From Minisyncoccota bacterium (GTDB lineage Bacteria; Patescibacteriota; Minisyncoccia; Phycocordibacterales; UBA9973), in NCBI GenBank assembly GCA_041661005.1, contig JBAZVG010000001.1:196917-260916 (forward strand): a stretch of 64,000 nt of DNA, given 5' to 3'. Position 1 is the first letter of the stretch; every line of letters starts with the position of its first letter. Under the pieces are notes generated by a model. It ran no database searches, was not told the DNA's origin, and saw nothing but the letters and a program-made list of their open reading frames with translations. Position numbers and translations under genes: made by a program. This document shows positions 16,795 to 26,737 of this stretch, in pieces.

Positions 16795-17814
16795 ATGAGA
16801 AAGATCCAGTCCCTTATCGTGGCAGTGGCACTCGCGTGCTTCACGGCCCTAACCTCCGCTAACGCGGCGATGTCTGTGCAGGCGTTCTTTTCACCGGGAG
16901 TGCCCACAGATTCAACCAACAACCTGTCGAGCCAGCAGAACAAAATGGCTTTTCTCGACGCTGGCAACCTCGTGGGCGGAGCCTACGAGACAAATCCGGT
17001 GGCGATGAATCTCCCGAAGGTGCTGAAGATCGGGGATGTGTTGCGTTTCCGGCCGGGCTTTCCTGGTTGGCTTGCAGTGCCGACTTCGTCGGGACCGGAT
17101 GCATATGGCGCTCGTCTCTTCTGCATGGTGAAGGTCACCAGCACGGAGGCGAATGTGAATCCACGCCGGGTTCGGGTTCGCACATGGACGCCTCTGAATG
17201 ACGGTGTCCTTTGGTCAACCAACTGGTTGGCCAGCGAGACCATCACCATGTCGTCAACCCTAACGGGCCGTAAGTATGGCCCTGATGGAGTTCGAGGTGG
17301 ATCGGATGATCAGCCGTTCAGTTCCGGAACCTCGGACCTGAACTTCAACGAACTCATCACGGTCGGTCCCAGGATATTCCTTGACGTCTTCAATCAAGAA
17401 GATTTAAGTCTTGCGCTCAACTACTGGGATGGCAAAAGGCCCATGGAGTTACACGTCGAGGTCACGGTTTACGCCGCAGACATGGTGACGGTGCTCGGAA
17501 GGAAGGAAATTGTCCTCACCGCGCGGCCGTATCTCTTGATCGACCGTGGTGGTCTCAACTCCGAGATTCGGTACGTTCGCATGGAGAGTGAACGGGCGAA
17601 AAACTACCAGCTAATGTCATCGCTGTGGCCTGGAGGCGGTTACTCTGACGTTCCAGCCGGAGGACTTCTGCATGATGGCAGTGTTTACACGAACACCAAT
17701 CTTGCCGATCGTCAGTTCTTCGGAGTCCGGGAGACGTCGGTCTCGGCAGCGGGGTTAAGGTCGGCAACGTCGGCTTCAAAACCTTCCAGTGGAGTCGAAA
17801 GCGGAAATGAGTAA
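16795..17814 (+). CDS. Secreted hypothetical protein (signal peptide), encoded in a GC-rich (~57%) block
   Basis: N-terminus MRKIQSLIVAVALACFTALTSANA. Codon usage and GC differ from the surrounding AT-rich genome. Confidence 0.6.
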   Translation: MRKIQSLIVAVALACFTALTSANAAMSVQAFFSPGVPTDSTNNLSSQQNKMAFLDAGNLVGGAYETNPVAMNLPKVLKIGDVLRFRPGFPGWLAVPTSSGPDAYGARLFCMVKVTSTEANVNPRRVRVRTWTPLNDGVLWSTNWLASETITMSSTLTGRKYGPDGVRGGSDDQPFSSGTSDLNFNELITVGPRIFLDVFNQEDLSLALNYWDGKRPMELHVEVTVYAADMVTVLGRKEIVLTARPYLLIDRGGLNSEIRYVRMESERAKNYQLMSSLWPGGGYSDVPAGGLLHDGSVYTNTNLADRQFFGVRETSVSAAGLRSATSASKPSSGVESGNE

Positions 17815-17998
17815 GATGATGAATATGTTATGGGGGCGAGCGGATATCCCAATCGCCCCAGAGTTAGCGAGATGTGTGTCTCGCCTGATGAGCTCAAAAG
17901 AGCGAAAACTCTTGACAAACAATTGACTTTATGCTAGCGTGAGTAAATTGATAATTAATTAATAGGTCGCAGGTAATTATAAAGTAATAAATAAATAT

Positions 17999-18922
17999 AT
18001 GAGCAAGACAATAAAGACTTTTTTGAAATATGGATTTGTGGCAATTGTCGCTATTTTTATAGCCTTTTTGTCGTCAGTCGCTTTTGCTATAGATGAGGTA
18101 AATGTTAATCCAGCAAGTGATTCGGAAAATGGTAATGAAAACGCAAATCCAGGAAGTGGTTCAGAAAGAGGTAGTGAGGTAAATGTTAATCCAGGAAATG
18201 GTTCAGAAAACGGTAATGAAGGTGGAAATGTGGATACAATCCCTGGCGATGTAACTCCTCCAGATGGTGGACCTACCGGAGATAGCTCTGGCAGTAGAAG
18301 TACTGGTAGTAGCAGAACAAGCACCCAGAATATTTCTGACATTAAAGTTACGCTTGTTGGTTCTTCTGTCTCTATAACTAATCTCGTTCGCGGAGGTACT
18401 TACACTATTTCTTGGGACGCATCAGTTCAAAACGCAGACACTTCTATTAGTTTAGTTTCTTCTTATGGTTCAAATATTTTAATCGGCACAAGCAAGAATG
18501 CAAACGGTGCTAATACTTTAAATTGGACTGTTCCCACATATCTAGCTCTCGGTACTTACACTTTACGCTTTACGGATTCTAGTAATCGAATGACCGACGC
18601 TTCGAACGTGTATAGGATAGTATCTCGAAGATCTTCTAACGCAGGCGCAGAAGCTCTAGGAACTGGTGGCGGAAATTTAATTGACACAGATGGAGAATCC
18701 TCAACTGTTTCGCCTGATGAAACAGAAGTTTTACCATCGGAAGATTCGCAAATTTCGGACGAGACTTCTCCCGTAGATCAGACAGCCGCAGTTGGAAATG
18801 CTTTTACAGATTTCTTGAGTAATAAGTATATTTTGTGGTTCTTTGTTCTTCTACTTATCATTGTTGGCGCTCTTTTTTTTCAAGAACGCAAAGATAGCGA
18901 TAAATTCCCTTTTAACAAGTAA
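17999..18922 (+). CDS. Cell-surface repeat protein (signal peptide, EVNVNP.(S/N).SENGNE repeats, Ser/Thr/Gly-rich, C-terminal TM anchor)
   Basis: N-terminal TM/signal, three imperfect ~20-aa repeats, C-terminal hydrophobic ILWFFVLLLIIVGALFF. Confidence 0.6.
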   Translation: MSKTIKTFLKYGFVAIVAIFIAFLSSVAFAIDEVNVNPASDSENGNENANPGSGSERGSEVNVNPGNGSENGNEGGNVDTIPGDVTPPDGGPTGDSSGSRSTGSSRTSTQNISDIKVTLVGSSVSITNLVRGGTYTISWDASVQNADTSISLVSSYGSNILIGTSKNANGANTLNWTVPTYLALGTYTLRFTDSSNRMTDASNVYRIVSRRSSNAGAEALGTGGGNLIDTDGESSTVSPDETEVLPSEDSQISDETSPVDQTAAVGNAFTDFLSNKYILWFFVLLLIIVGALFFQERKDSDKFPFNK

Positions 18923-18944
18923 TTGTTTTACTAAACATTCAAAA

Positions 18945-18980
18945 ACAGCCTCGACTAACGTCGAGGCTGTTTTTGTTTTT
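18945..18980 (+). terminator. Rho-independent terminator
   Basis: ACAGCCTCGAC-TAAC-GTCGAGGCTGT followed by TTTTGTTTTT. Confidence 0.7.
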
Positions 18981-19054
18981 GATCTATGAATGATAATTTC
19001 AAGTTTTTCTTTGGCGGCATTCAAAATAAAATTAGTTTTCATAAATTTTTTAAT

Positions 19055-19249
19055 TTATGAAGGACCAATTTTCTGAATGTTATATTTTTTTACTTTATTT
19101 ATGACAAATCCAATAATTAATCCGATTAAACTAAATATGACGACCGGAGTGATGAACAAAATAATTTTAAAACCAATCATAGAGTCAGTAAATCCTGGAA
19201 TCCAACTAAGAAATAAAACAGGAATAATCCATAGACAGAATTCAACCAC
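19055..19249 (-). CDS. Small hydrophobic protein (64 aa, 2 TM), hypothetical
   Basis: ORF only; strongly hydrophobic. Confidence 0.3.
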   Translation of the reverse strand: MVEFCLWIIPVLFLSWIPGFTDSMIGFKIILFITPVVIFSLIGLIIGFVINKVKKYNIQKIGPS

Positions 19250-19267
19250 TGCGATTGAAAGTTGTAA

Positions 19268-19450
19268 TTAATTTTCACATCCGTTTGGTCCACCAGGAGA
19301 AGTATGGCAATTAGTTATATTACTGTAAATTCCGAAAATTATTCCAATGCATAAACCAATGAGCAACCCCTTTTTAGTTATTGACATATTTTTGTTATTT
19401 AATGATAGATTTTTTGTATATTTTAAAATAATTAAAAAATCTTCTTCCAA
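19268..19450 (-). CDS. Small membrane protein (60 aa), hypothetical
   Basis: ORF only. Confidence 0.25.
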   Translation of the reverse strand: MEEDFLIILKYTKNLSLNNKNMSITKKGLLIGLCIGIIFGIYSNITNCHTSPGGPNGCEN

Positions 19451-19506
19451 TTATATTCTATATGGCAATTAATCTCAAGCTAGTGCAAAGGAAAAGAATC
19501 AAACTC

Positions 19507-20046
19507 TCATAATTTCCAGAAGTTGATAATTTTTATAAATTTTTCCACATTCTTTGAAATTCTAATTATATATTTAACTCTATTTTTCTTTATGTCCAAG
19601 ACTTTTCTTGCTTTTATTGCAAAGCCAATTTCTTGGAGCATATCCTCTATATCTCTAATTAGAGTATAACAAACTGACGTAAAATTTACCATTTTGTAGC
19701 CTCGATCACTATAGATTGATCCGTCTGTTTGGAATAATCCTCGCAAACATTCTTTTCTATAAACCTTATTTTCCTTGATCCAGCTAGGCACGCCTACCTT
19801 CTGTTTAATTTTTGAACCACCTTTAGCTCCCCATCCCAATATTTTTTCTAAATCATTTGAATAAATACATATGTCTAAGGCATTAACTCGATCTGTGATA
19901 GAAATTTTGTTTTGAGTAAAAATTATTTTTAGATTTTTAATTATATTTTCTACAATTAGAGGATACTTTTTATCACAAGTAATTCTAAGTCTAACAGCTC
20001 TTCCATTTGGATTCGACAAATTACCATCCCCGAGAGCTATGCCCAT
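19507..20046 (-). CDS. LAGLIDADG-family homing endonuclease (double-motif, free-standing)
   Basis: Two LAGLIDADG motifs: IMGIALGDGNL and LRGLFQTDGSIY. The ORF track starts it at 20127, but that extension is antisense to tRNA-Leu, so the internal ATG at 20046 is more plausible. Confidence 0.7.
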   Translation of the reverse strand: MGIALGDGNLSNPNGRAVRLRITCDKKYPLIVENIIKNLKIIFTQNKISITDRVNALDICIYSNDLEKILGWGAKGGSKIKQKVGVPSWIKENKVYRKECLRGLFQTDGSIYSDRGYKMVNFTSVCYTLIRDIEDMLQEIGFAIKARKVLDIKKNRVKYIIRISKNVEKFIKIINFWKL

Positions 20047-20086
20047 TATGTAGGCTATAGATTTTTTATTATTTATATGAGGCAAG

Positions 20087-20170
20087 TGCCGGGAGGGAGA
20101 CTCGAACTCCCACGGGGTTGCCCCCAAACGATTTTGAGTCGTTCGCGTAAACCAATTCCGCCATCCCGGC
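20087..20170 (-). tRNA. tRNA-Leu (anticodon CAA), type II with long variable arm
   Basis: Reverse complement reads GCCGGGA ... anticodon loop CUCAAAA ... variable stem GGGG-GCAA-CCCC ... T-loop TTCGAGT ... TCCCGGC-A. Confidence 0.8.
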
Positions 20171-20211
20171 TATAATTTTTATTTTACTTTACTTTATGAT
20201 AAAATACAATC

Positions 20212-21198
20212 ATGTCCAACATATATTCAAATTCAATTTTTTGGGTAGATACAGACAAAATCAAACCTAACCCCTACCAACCCAGAAGAGATTTCGATGA
20301 ATTACGGTTGCAAGATTTGGCAGATTCCATAAAACAATACGGCGTGCTCCAACCGCTGACAGTTTCTCGCGTAGAAAAAGAAAAAGAAGGAGGCGGGCTA
20401 GTGACTGAATATGAATTGATTGCCGGAGAGCGCAGATTGCGCGCGGCTATCTTGGCTCATGTTTTGCAAGTGCCTGTCATCATACGTGAGGGAGATACAG
20501 CAATTATGAAGCTGGAGCTTGCTATCATTGAAAATTTGCAACGTGAAGATTTGAACGTAGTTGATCGCGCTCGCGCCTTTTTCCGATTAGCAAGCGAATT
20601 TAAATTTACTCACAATGAAATCGCAAAAAAAATGGGACGAAGCAGGGAATATGTTTCCAATTCTTTACGTATTTTGACTTTGCCGGAAGAGATTTTAACT
20701 GGCTTAAGGGATGGCAAGATTACCGAGGGTCATACTCGGCCGATACTAATGCTTGCCGATCACCCAGAAGAACAGTTGGTTTTGTTCAAAGAAATTGTTT
20801 ACAAGAAAATCACGGTGCGTGAGGCTGAAAAATTGGCGAGAAAAATAGCTTACGATCGAGTGCGCAAGAAAGAATTCATGCCCGATCCAGAAATAATTGA
20901 GCTCGAAGAAGAATTCCAAGAAAAATTAGGCACTCGAGTTCATATAGACAGAAAAGAGTTGGGCGGGCAAATTAAAATTGATTTTTTTTCCACCGAAGAT
21001 CTGCGATCTATTTTAGATTTGATAAGCAAGTCGAGCACTGAAAAAGCCCCGAACGAAATGCTTGAGAATTATATTGCTGGTGAAGAAGCAAAAACGTCAA
21101 CACCATCGAGCGATGAAACGCCGATAGACGACAGATCAAAAGAGGAAAAAAAAGAAGATGATGCCGACCTTTACAATATTTCTAATTTTAGCGTTTAA
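20212..21198 (+). CDS. parB: Chromosome partitioning protein ParB/Spo0J
   Basis: ParB box reads ..QPRR.F....L..L..SI...G.LQP..V ... LIAGERRLRAA. Confidence 0.85.
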   Translation: MSNIYSNSIFWVDTDKIKPNPYQPRRDFDELRLQDLADSIKQYGVLQPLTVSRVEKEKEGGGLVTEYELIAGERRLRAAILAHVLQVPVIIREGDTAIMKLELAIIENLQREDLNVVDRARAFFRLASEFKFTHNEIAKKMGRSREYVSNSLRILTLPEEILTGLRDGKITEGHTRPILMLADHPEEQLVLFKEIVYKKITVREAEKLARKIAYDRVRKKEFMPDPEIIELEEEFQEKLGTRVHIDRKELGGQIKIDFFSTEDLRSILDLISKSSTEKAPNEMLENYIAGEEAKTSTPSSDETPIDDRSKEEKKEDDADLYNISNFSV

Positions 21199-21212
21199 GA
21201 AGTGCAAAATAT

Positions 21213-23465
21213 CTATATCTCAATCTTCTTTATTTTGTGGGGGTTATGCATGGGGCAAGATTTATTGGAGCAACGTTCTGGGATAGTTTTGGTGCCTTCC
21301 ATCATCAGACTGCCACATTCTTTACATATCGCGCCAGTTGGTTTTGCCTTGATCGCAAACTTGCATTTGGGATAGTTTGAACAAGAATAAAAAATACCAA
21401 ATCGTCCACGACGTTCACTGATATCTCCTGTTTTACAAAGGGGACACAACACGCCAGTTCTCTTTTTTGCTTCATCTGCTTCATCGCTTTTGATAAATTT
21501 ACATTTTGGATAACGTGAGCAAGAAATAAATGTGCCAGTGCCATCGCGTCTTTCTCTGACAACAAGTTTTCCACCACCAGATTTACCTTTTTTTTCACCG
21601 CATTCTGGACATATTTCTCCGGTTTCTGCTGGACCTTTTAATTCTGTGCCGTCGAGCATAAGGGCTCCATCACAATCAGGATATTTGGAACAAGAATAAA
21701 ATTTACCTGCGCGAGAAAGTTTTATTATCATTTCGGATCCGCATTTCGGGCATTTTATGTTTGAGGGCGCTGATCCCAAGTTTGTCGCTTTTTCCAATTT
21801 TTCTTTTGATTTTACTTCCTTTAGAAAAGGTCCGTAAAAATCTCTCAGAGTTTTTTCATATTCGCGTTCTCCTCTCGATATCTCGTCAAGCTCGTCTTCC
21901 ATTTCTGCTGTAAAACTATCTGAAATATAATTCATAAAATGTTTTTCCAAAAAATCTGAAACAACTTCACCGACATCAGTGGGGAATAATGTTTTTCCTT
22001 CTTTGTTCACATAACCTCTCTCTTCAATTGTTTTCATGATGGATGCATATGTGGACGGTCTGCCTATCCCTCTAGCTTCTAATTCTTTGACCAGTCCTGC
22101 TTCGCTGTATCTGTCGGGTGGCAGGGTGAATTTTTCTTCATTTACGAGATCAAGTAGTTTCAACTCTTCTTCTGCTTTGCACACTGGTAGTTCTACATCA
22201 TCGCCTCGAGCGTCGCTATCCACCTTGAGCCATCCAGGAAAAAGCAGACGGGAACCATTGATGGAAAAATCTGGCAAGTCCTCATGTCCTTTTATAACGG
22301 CTGAAATTTTAGTTTTCAATAATTTTGCGTCAGTCATCTGCGAGGATATGGCGCGCTCCCAGATCAATCTATACAATTTGTCTTGCTCATCAGTGCCTAC
22401 AATCATATTTGTTATGTGCGTTGGACGTATGGCCTCATGCGCTTCCTGGGCGTTTTTTGATTTTGTTTTGTAAATTCTAGCTTCAGCATATTCTTTTCCA
22501 TATTTATTTTGGATAAAAGAAATTATTTGCGTTTGCGCAGCTGCAGATAAGTTTGTGCTGTCGGTTCGCATATATGTGATATGTCCAGCCTCGTAAAGTT
22601 TCTGCGCTATTTGCATGGTGCGAGAAGGTGAATACCCGAGACGTGAACTCGCTGTTTGTTGCAATGTAGAAGTGGTAAAAGGCGCGCGGGGCGAACGTTT
22701 CTGTTCAGATTCCTTTACCCCACTAACAATCCATGTGCCGGCTTTACCCTCGGTCATTATTTTTTGTACTAATTTTTCATCTCGTGGTTCTTCTGAACAT
22801 TCTAGAGTAATTTTTTCCCCTCCTGCCTGAGGAGGGGTGCCCTTTAGGGCGGGGTGGTGGGAGGTTTCAAACAGTCCGAATATTTTCCAATATTTCTCTG
22901 GAACAAAGGCGCGGATTTCACGTTCACGTTCCATTACTATGCGAAGCGCAGGGGACTGCACGCGTCCGGCAGAAAGTCCGTATCGCACTTTTTTCCAAAT
23001 AAGTCCCGAAAGGTCATAGCCCACAAGACGGTCCAAGACTCGGCGCGCCTCTTGCGCCTTTCTTAATGCTGTGTCTATCTGGCGTGGATGTTGCAGGGCT
23101 TCTTCTACGGCTTCTTTAGTAATTTCATGAAAAGTTACTCGCTCAATGGGGGCTTTTACTTTTTTATCTTCTTTTAAAAGAGTTTCTATATGCCAAGCAA
23201 TGGCTTCTCCTTCGCGATCAGGGTCGGTCGCTAAAATTATTTCTTTCGCCTTTTCCGCCAATCCTTGCAATTCGTGCACAATTTTTTCTTTACCTTTAGA
23301 AATTTCATAATGCGGAATAAAACCTCCTTCGATATCAATTGCTATTTTATTTGATTTCGGTAAATCACGAATATGTCCGACAGATGCACGCACAGTAAAA
23401 GCGCCTTCCAAATATTTTTCAATCGTCTTTGCTTTTGATGGTGACTCAACAATTAATAATTTCAT
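21213..23465 (-). CDS. topA: DNA topoisomerase I
   Basis: TOPRIM N-terminus MKLLIVESPSKAKTI, active-site region, C-terminal C4 zinc ribbons; 750 aa. Confidence 0.9.
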   Translation of the reverse strand: MKLLIVESPSKAKTIEKYLEGAFTVRASVGHIRDLPKSNKIAIDIEGGFIPHYEISKGKEKIVHELQGLAEKAKEIILATDPDREGEAIAWHIETLLKEDKKVKAPIERVTFHEITKEAVEEALQHPRQIDTALRKAQEARRVLDRLVGYDLSGLIWKKVRYGLSAGRVQSPALRIVMEREREIRAFVPEKYWKIFGLFETSHHPALKGTPPQAGGEKITLECSEEPRDEKLVQKIMTEGKAGTWIVSGVKESEQKRSPRAPFTTSTLQQTASSRLGYSPSRTMQIAQKLYEAGHITYMRTDSTNLSAAAQTQIISFIQNKYGKEYAEARIYKTKSKNAQEAHEAIRPTHITNMIVGTDEQDKLYRLIWERAISSQMTDAKLLKTKISAVIKGHEDLPDFSINGSRLLFPGWLKVDSDARGDDVELPVCKAEEELKLLDLVNEEKFTLPPDRYSEAGLVKELEARGIGRPSTYASIMKTIEERGYVNKEGKTLFPTDVGEVVSDFLEKHFMNYISDSFTAEMEDELDEISRGEREYEKTLRDFYGPFLKEVKSKEKLEKATNLGSAPSNIKCPKCGSEMIIKLSRAGKFYSCSKYPDCDGALMLDGTELKGPAETGEICPECGEKKGKSGGGKLVVRERRDGTGTFISCSRYPKCKFIKSDEADEAKKRTGVLCPLCKTGDISERRGRFGIFYSCSNYPKCKFAIKAKPTGAICKECGSLMMEGTKTIPERCSNKSCPMHNPHKIKKIEI

Positions 23466-23519
23466 ACTGCTAGAACAGTATTACACGAAATAGTTTTGCA
23501 ATGCAAATTTATGTAAATT

Positions 23520-24383
23520 TTAATTTAATTTTATCTCACTCATTTCTTCTTTAATAAGTCCTTTGATTTCCATAACCGTCAGTAAAGCGTTAGCGTTTGG
23601 AATTGGCATTTTCATAGTGCGAATTAAATAATCTCTTTGCATAGGCTCTCTTAATAATTTAACAACGGTTTTCTCTTCTGGCGATAAATCTTCAAAAAGT
23701 CTTTTTTGTTTTTCTTCATCTTTGGCTAATTTAAAACCAAGTGCTTCCAACACGTCTTCAGAGCAAGTGATGGGGGTCGCGCCTTGATGAAGTAGTCTGT
23801 TTGTTCCTTTTGAATTGGAAGAGAAAATTGATCCAGGCACTACCAGTAAATCTCTATTGTATTCTGTCGTGAGTCGCGCAGTGATAAGGGTGCCAGATCG
23901 CTCTTCGGCTTCTATTATTAACACAGCTTTTGAAATGCCTGCCATAAGTCTGTTGCGCATTGGAAAACTCCATTGAGTTGCTTTGAAGTCAGGTTCGAAT
24001 TCTGAAATTAAACATCCACCATTTTCAACTATTTCATTTATCAATCGCACGTTCGTTTTCGGATACATTGCTTCGTCGGAGAGTCCAGAACCCGGGAAGA
24101 CGATAGTCGTGAGTCCCGTTTGCATTGCTTTTTTGTGTGCGATTGTGTCTATGCCTATGGCAAAACCGGAGACTATCACTATGGGATAGCCTTTTAGACC
24201 CGCAATTATTTTCTCACAAGCTTCGCGTCCATAGGTAGTAAACTTGCGCGAGCCTACCACGCATAAGTAAATTAAATTTTCGTCAGTAGGTAAGTCGCCT
24301 ATGATCCAAAGGTCTTCTGGGGGTTGGGGAATTTCTAGAAGTGCTTTTGGGAATTTATTTTTTGGTAGTTTTCTGATTTGCAT
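23520..24383 (-). CDS. dprA: DNA processing protein DprA (Smf)
   Basis: Rossmann-like DprA core GSRKFTTYG ... VVSGFAIGID..AHKKAM ... ERSGTLITA. Confidence 0.85.
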   Translation of the reverse strand: MQIRKLPKNKFPKALLEIPQPPEDLWIIGDLPTDENLIYLCVVGSRKFTTYGREACEKIIAGLKGYPIVIVSGFAIGIDTIAHKKAMQTGLTTIVFPGSGLSDEAMYPKTNVRLINEIVENGGCLISEFEPDFKATQWSFPMRNRLMAGISKAVLIIEAEERSGTLITARLTTEYNRDLLVVPGSIFSSNSKGTNRLLHQGATPITCSEDVLEALGFKLAKDEEKQKRLFEDLSPEEKTVVKLLREPMQRDYLIRTMKMPIPNANALLTVMEIKGLIKEEMSEIKLN

Positions 24384-24523
24384 GTTACGCGAGAAATATC
24401 TTTTAAAAACCGCACATAATTTTCTGCTGAAAATTTGTTATGCTCGGCGCGCCCGCCTGCGCAATGCTTTTTAAAAGTTATTTCTCGCTTCACATTATAG
24501 CAAGTTTGATATACAATATGAAT

Positions 24524-25792
24524 ATGCTAGACATAAAATTTATTCGTGAAAATAAGGATATCGTGCAAGCGGGGGCTAAAAAAAAGCATGTGGATATCGA
24601 TATTGAAAAGCTTATAACTCTCGACGATGAACGATTAAAAGAACTTAAAGAAGTAGAAGATCTTCGAGCGGAAGTCAATCGAGTGTCGAATGACATAGCT
24701 CGTGACCAAGATTCCGCGCTCAAAATCCAACTGATTGAAGAAATGCGTACCGTCAAAGAAGATATCAAGGCTAAAGAAGAAAAATTAAAAAAAACGATAG
24801 AGGAATGGCAAAAAATAATGTTGCAGGTTCCAAACGTGCCGGATATGTCAGTGCCGGAAGGTGATGGTGAAGAAAACAATAAAGAAATTTTGACCTGGGG
24901 AGAGAAACCTAGATTTGATTTTACTCCCAAAGATCATGTCGAGTTGATGTTGAAGCTGGATATGGTTGATTTTGAAAGAGGCGTGAAAGTTCACGGTTTT
25001 CGAGGTTATTTTTTGAAAAACGATGGAGCGGAACTTTCTTGGGCGATTTGGAATTATGCCCGAAAGTTTTTTGGAGAAAAAAAATTCAGTACTTTTATTG
25101 CCCCAGCAATCGTACGCAAGCAACATCTATACGGCACAGGACATTTACCTGGCGGAGCAGAAGATATTTATCAGACACAAGACGAGGATTATTTATCTGG
25201 TACAGCAGAAATACCAATGATGGGATATCATAGCAACGAAATCATAGGGAAAGAAGAATTACCAAAAAGATATCTAGCATTTTCACCATGTTTTAGAAGG
25301 GAAGCCGGAGCGCATTCAAAAGACACGAAAGGGCTCATAAGAGTGCAGGAATTTTATAAGTTAGAGCAACTTATACTTTGTGAAGCAAGTCACACCGAAT
25401 CAGTAAAATATCATGAAGAAATAAATAGAAATTTCGAAGAATTTTTAGAATCTCTCGATATTCCTTATCGTCGGTTAGAGATTTGCACAGGAGATTTAAA
25501 ATCTGCGCATGTAAAAAGCTATGACACCGAAGCTTGGATTCCATCGCAAAATCAATACCGTGAGCTTTCTAGCGCTTCGTATTATCATGACTTTCAGGCG
25601 AGAAGATTTAATATTCGCTACAAAGACGAAGCTGGAAAATATCATTTTGTTCACTCACTCAATAGTACCGCTGTGGCAACTCCGAGAATCCTCGTGGCAA
25701 TTGTAGAAAATTTTCAACAAGCAGACGGCTCTGTAAAAATTCCGGAAGTCTTGAGGAAATACATGGGCGATAGGGAGTTCATAACGAAATAA
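24524..25792 (+). CDS. serS: Seryl-tRNA synthetase
   Basis: N-terminal coiled coil (MLDIKFIREN...) and class II motifs FRREAG and GLIRVQEF. The ORF-track start at 24440 is probably too far upstream. Confidence 0.9.
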   Translation: MLDIKFIRENKDIVQAGAKKKHVDIDIEKLITLDDERLKELKEVEDLRAEVNRVSNDIARDQDSALKIQLIEEMRTVKEDIKAKEEKLKKTIEEWQKIMLQVPNVPDMSVPEGDGEENNKEILTWGEKPRFDFTPKDHVELMLKLDMVDFERGVKVHGFRGYFLKNDGAELSWAIWNYARKFFGEKKFSTFIAPAIVRKQHLYGTGHLPGGAEDIYQTQDEDYLSGTAEIPMMGYHSNEIIGKEELPKRYLAFSPCFRREAGAHSKDTKGLIRVQEFYKLEQLILCEASHTESVKYHEEINRNFEEFLESLDIPYRRLEICTGDLKSAHVKSYDTEAWIPSQNQYRELSSASYYHDFQARRFNIRYKDEAGKYHFVHSLNSTAVATPRILVAIVENFQQADGSVKIPEVLRKYMGDREFITK

Positions 25793-25816
25793 AACGATTC
25801 GTTTGAATAAAATGAG

Positions 25817-26710
25817 ATGCAAAAGAAAAATATTTTAAATTCTCCACGGCTTTTGGAGTTAAAAAAACACAGGCGTAAGATTTTTTTAGGGAAAATCGCA
25901 TTTTATGTATTTGTATTTTTGGCAATTTCTTTCGGGTTGACTTACGCATCTCGCATTTCTGTTTTAAATATTGGTTCAATAGAAGTATCGGGCAATAAAG
26001 TTGTAGATACCGAAACTATTAAAATGGTCGTTAAGAAAGAAATTAACGGATATTACCTTTGGTTTTTTCCCAAAACGAACGTTTTGTTTTATCCAAAAGA
26101 CAAAATTAAAAATGCACTCAGAGAGAATTTTGCAAGGCTCCAAAACGTAAATTTATCAATTAAAGAAGATAAAATTTTAAAAATAGATTTGACTGAACGC
26201 ATAGTGAAATACACATGGTGCGGAAATACGGTTGACTCGACGGTCGGATTGGGAGAGGGCGACACAACGAGCCAAAAGGAAAAATGTTATTTTATGGATG
26301 CAGAAGGTTATATTTTTGACGAAGCGCCGTATTTTTCCGGTGAAGTTTATTTTAAATTTTACGGAACCACTGATTCAAACTCTGATGAACCATCGGGATC
26401 TTATTTCTTGAAAGAGAATTTTGGAAAATTAGTTTCATTTAAAAAAACACTGGAAAACATCGGGCTCGTGCCTGCGAAACTATACAAAAAAGACAACGGG
26501 GATATCGAATTTTTCCTTTCTAGGAAGAACTCAGTATCTATCGGCCCTAAAATAATTTTTAAAATTGATTCTGATTTCCAGAAGATAGCTGAAAATTTAG
26601 AAGTGGCTCTTGACACGGAACCTCTTTTGTCGGATTTTAAGAATAAATACTCTTCTCTGTTATATATTGATTTAAGGTTTGGAAATAAGGTATACTATAA
26701 GTTTAAGTAA
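25817..26710 (+). CDS. Cell division protein FtsQ/DivIB-like (single N-terminal TM plus POTRA)
   Basis: Basic N-terminus, one TM, then ISVLNIGSIEVSGNKVVDTETIK (POTRA-like). Confidence 0.5.
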   Translation: MQKKNILNSPRLLELKKHRRKIFLGKIAFYVFVFLAISFGLTYASRISVLNIGSIEVSGNKVVDTETIKMVVKKEINGYYLWFFPKTNVLFYPKDKIKNALRENFARLQNVNLSIKEDKILKIDLTERIVKYTWCGNTVDSTVGLGEGDTTSQKEKCYFMDAEGYIFDEAPYFSGEVYFKFYGTTDSNSDEPSGSYFLKENFGKLVSFKKTLENIGLVPAKLYKKDNGDIEFFLSRKNSVSIGPKIIFKIDSDFQKIAENLEVALDTEPLLSDFKNKYSSLLYIDLRFGNKVYYKFK

Positions 26711-26737
26711 ACTCTTTATCGGTATATCTTTTTCTAG

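Noticed and set aside
16811-16826. Sigma-54-like -24/-12 promoter match TGGCAC-N4-TGCT
   Set aside because: The GG-to-GC spacing is one nucleotide short, and the site is inside the signal-peptide coding region of a GC-rich foreign gene. It is most likely a chance match.
20087-20170. Possible intron within tRNA-Leu hosting the LAGLIDADG gene
   Set aside because: The tRNA folds as a contiguous 84-nt type II tRNA with a normal anticodon loop. The HEG is outside it.
22036-23066. Several plus-strand ORFs (145, 71, 60 and 70 aa)
   Set aside because: All lie antisense within topA and have no motifs.
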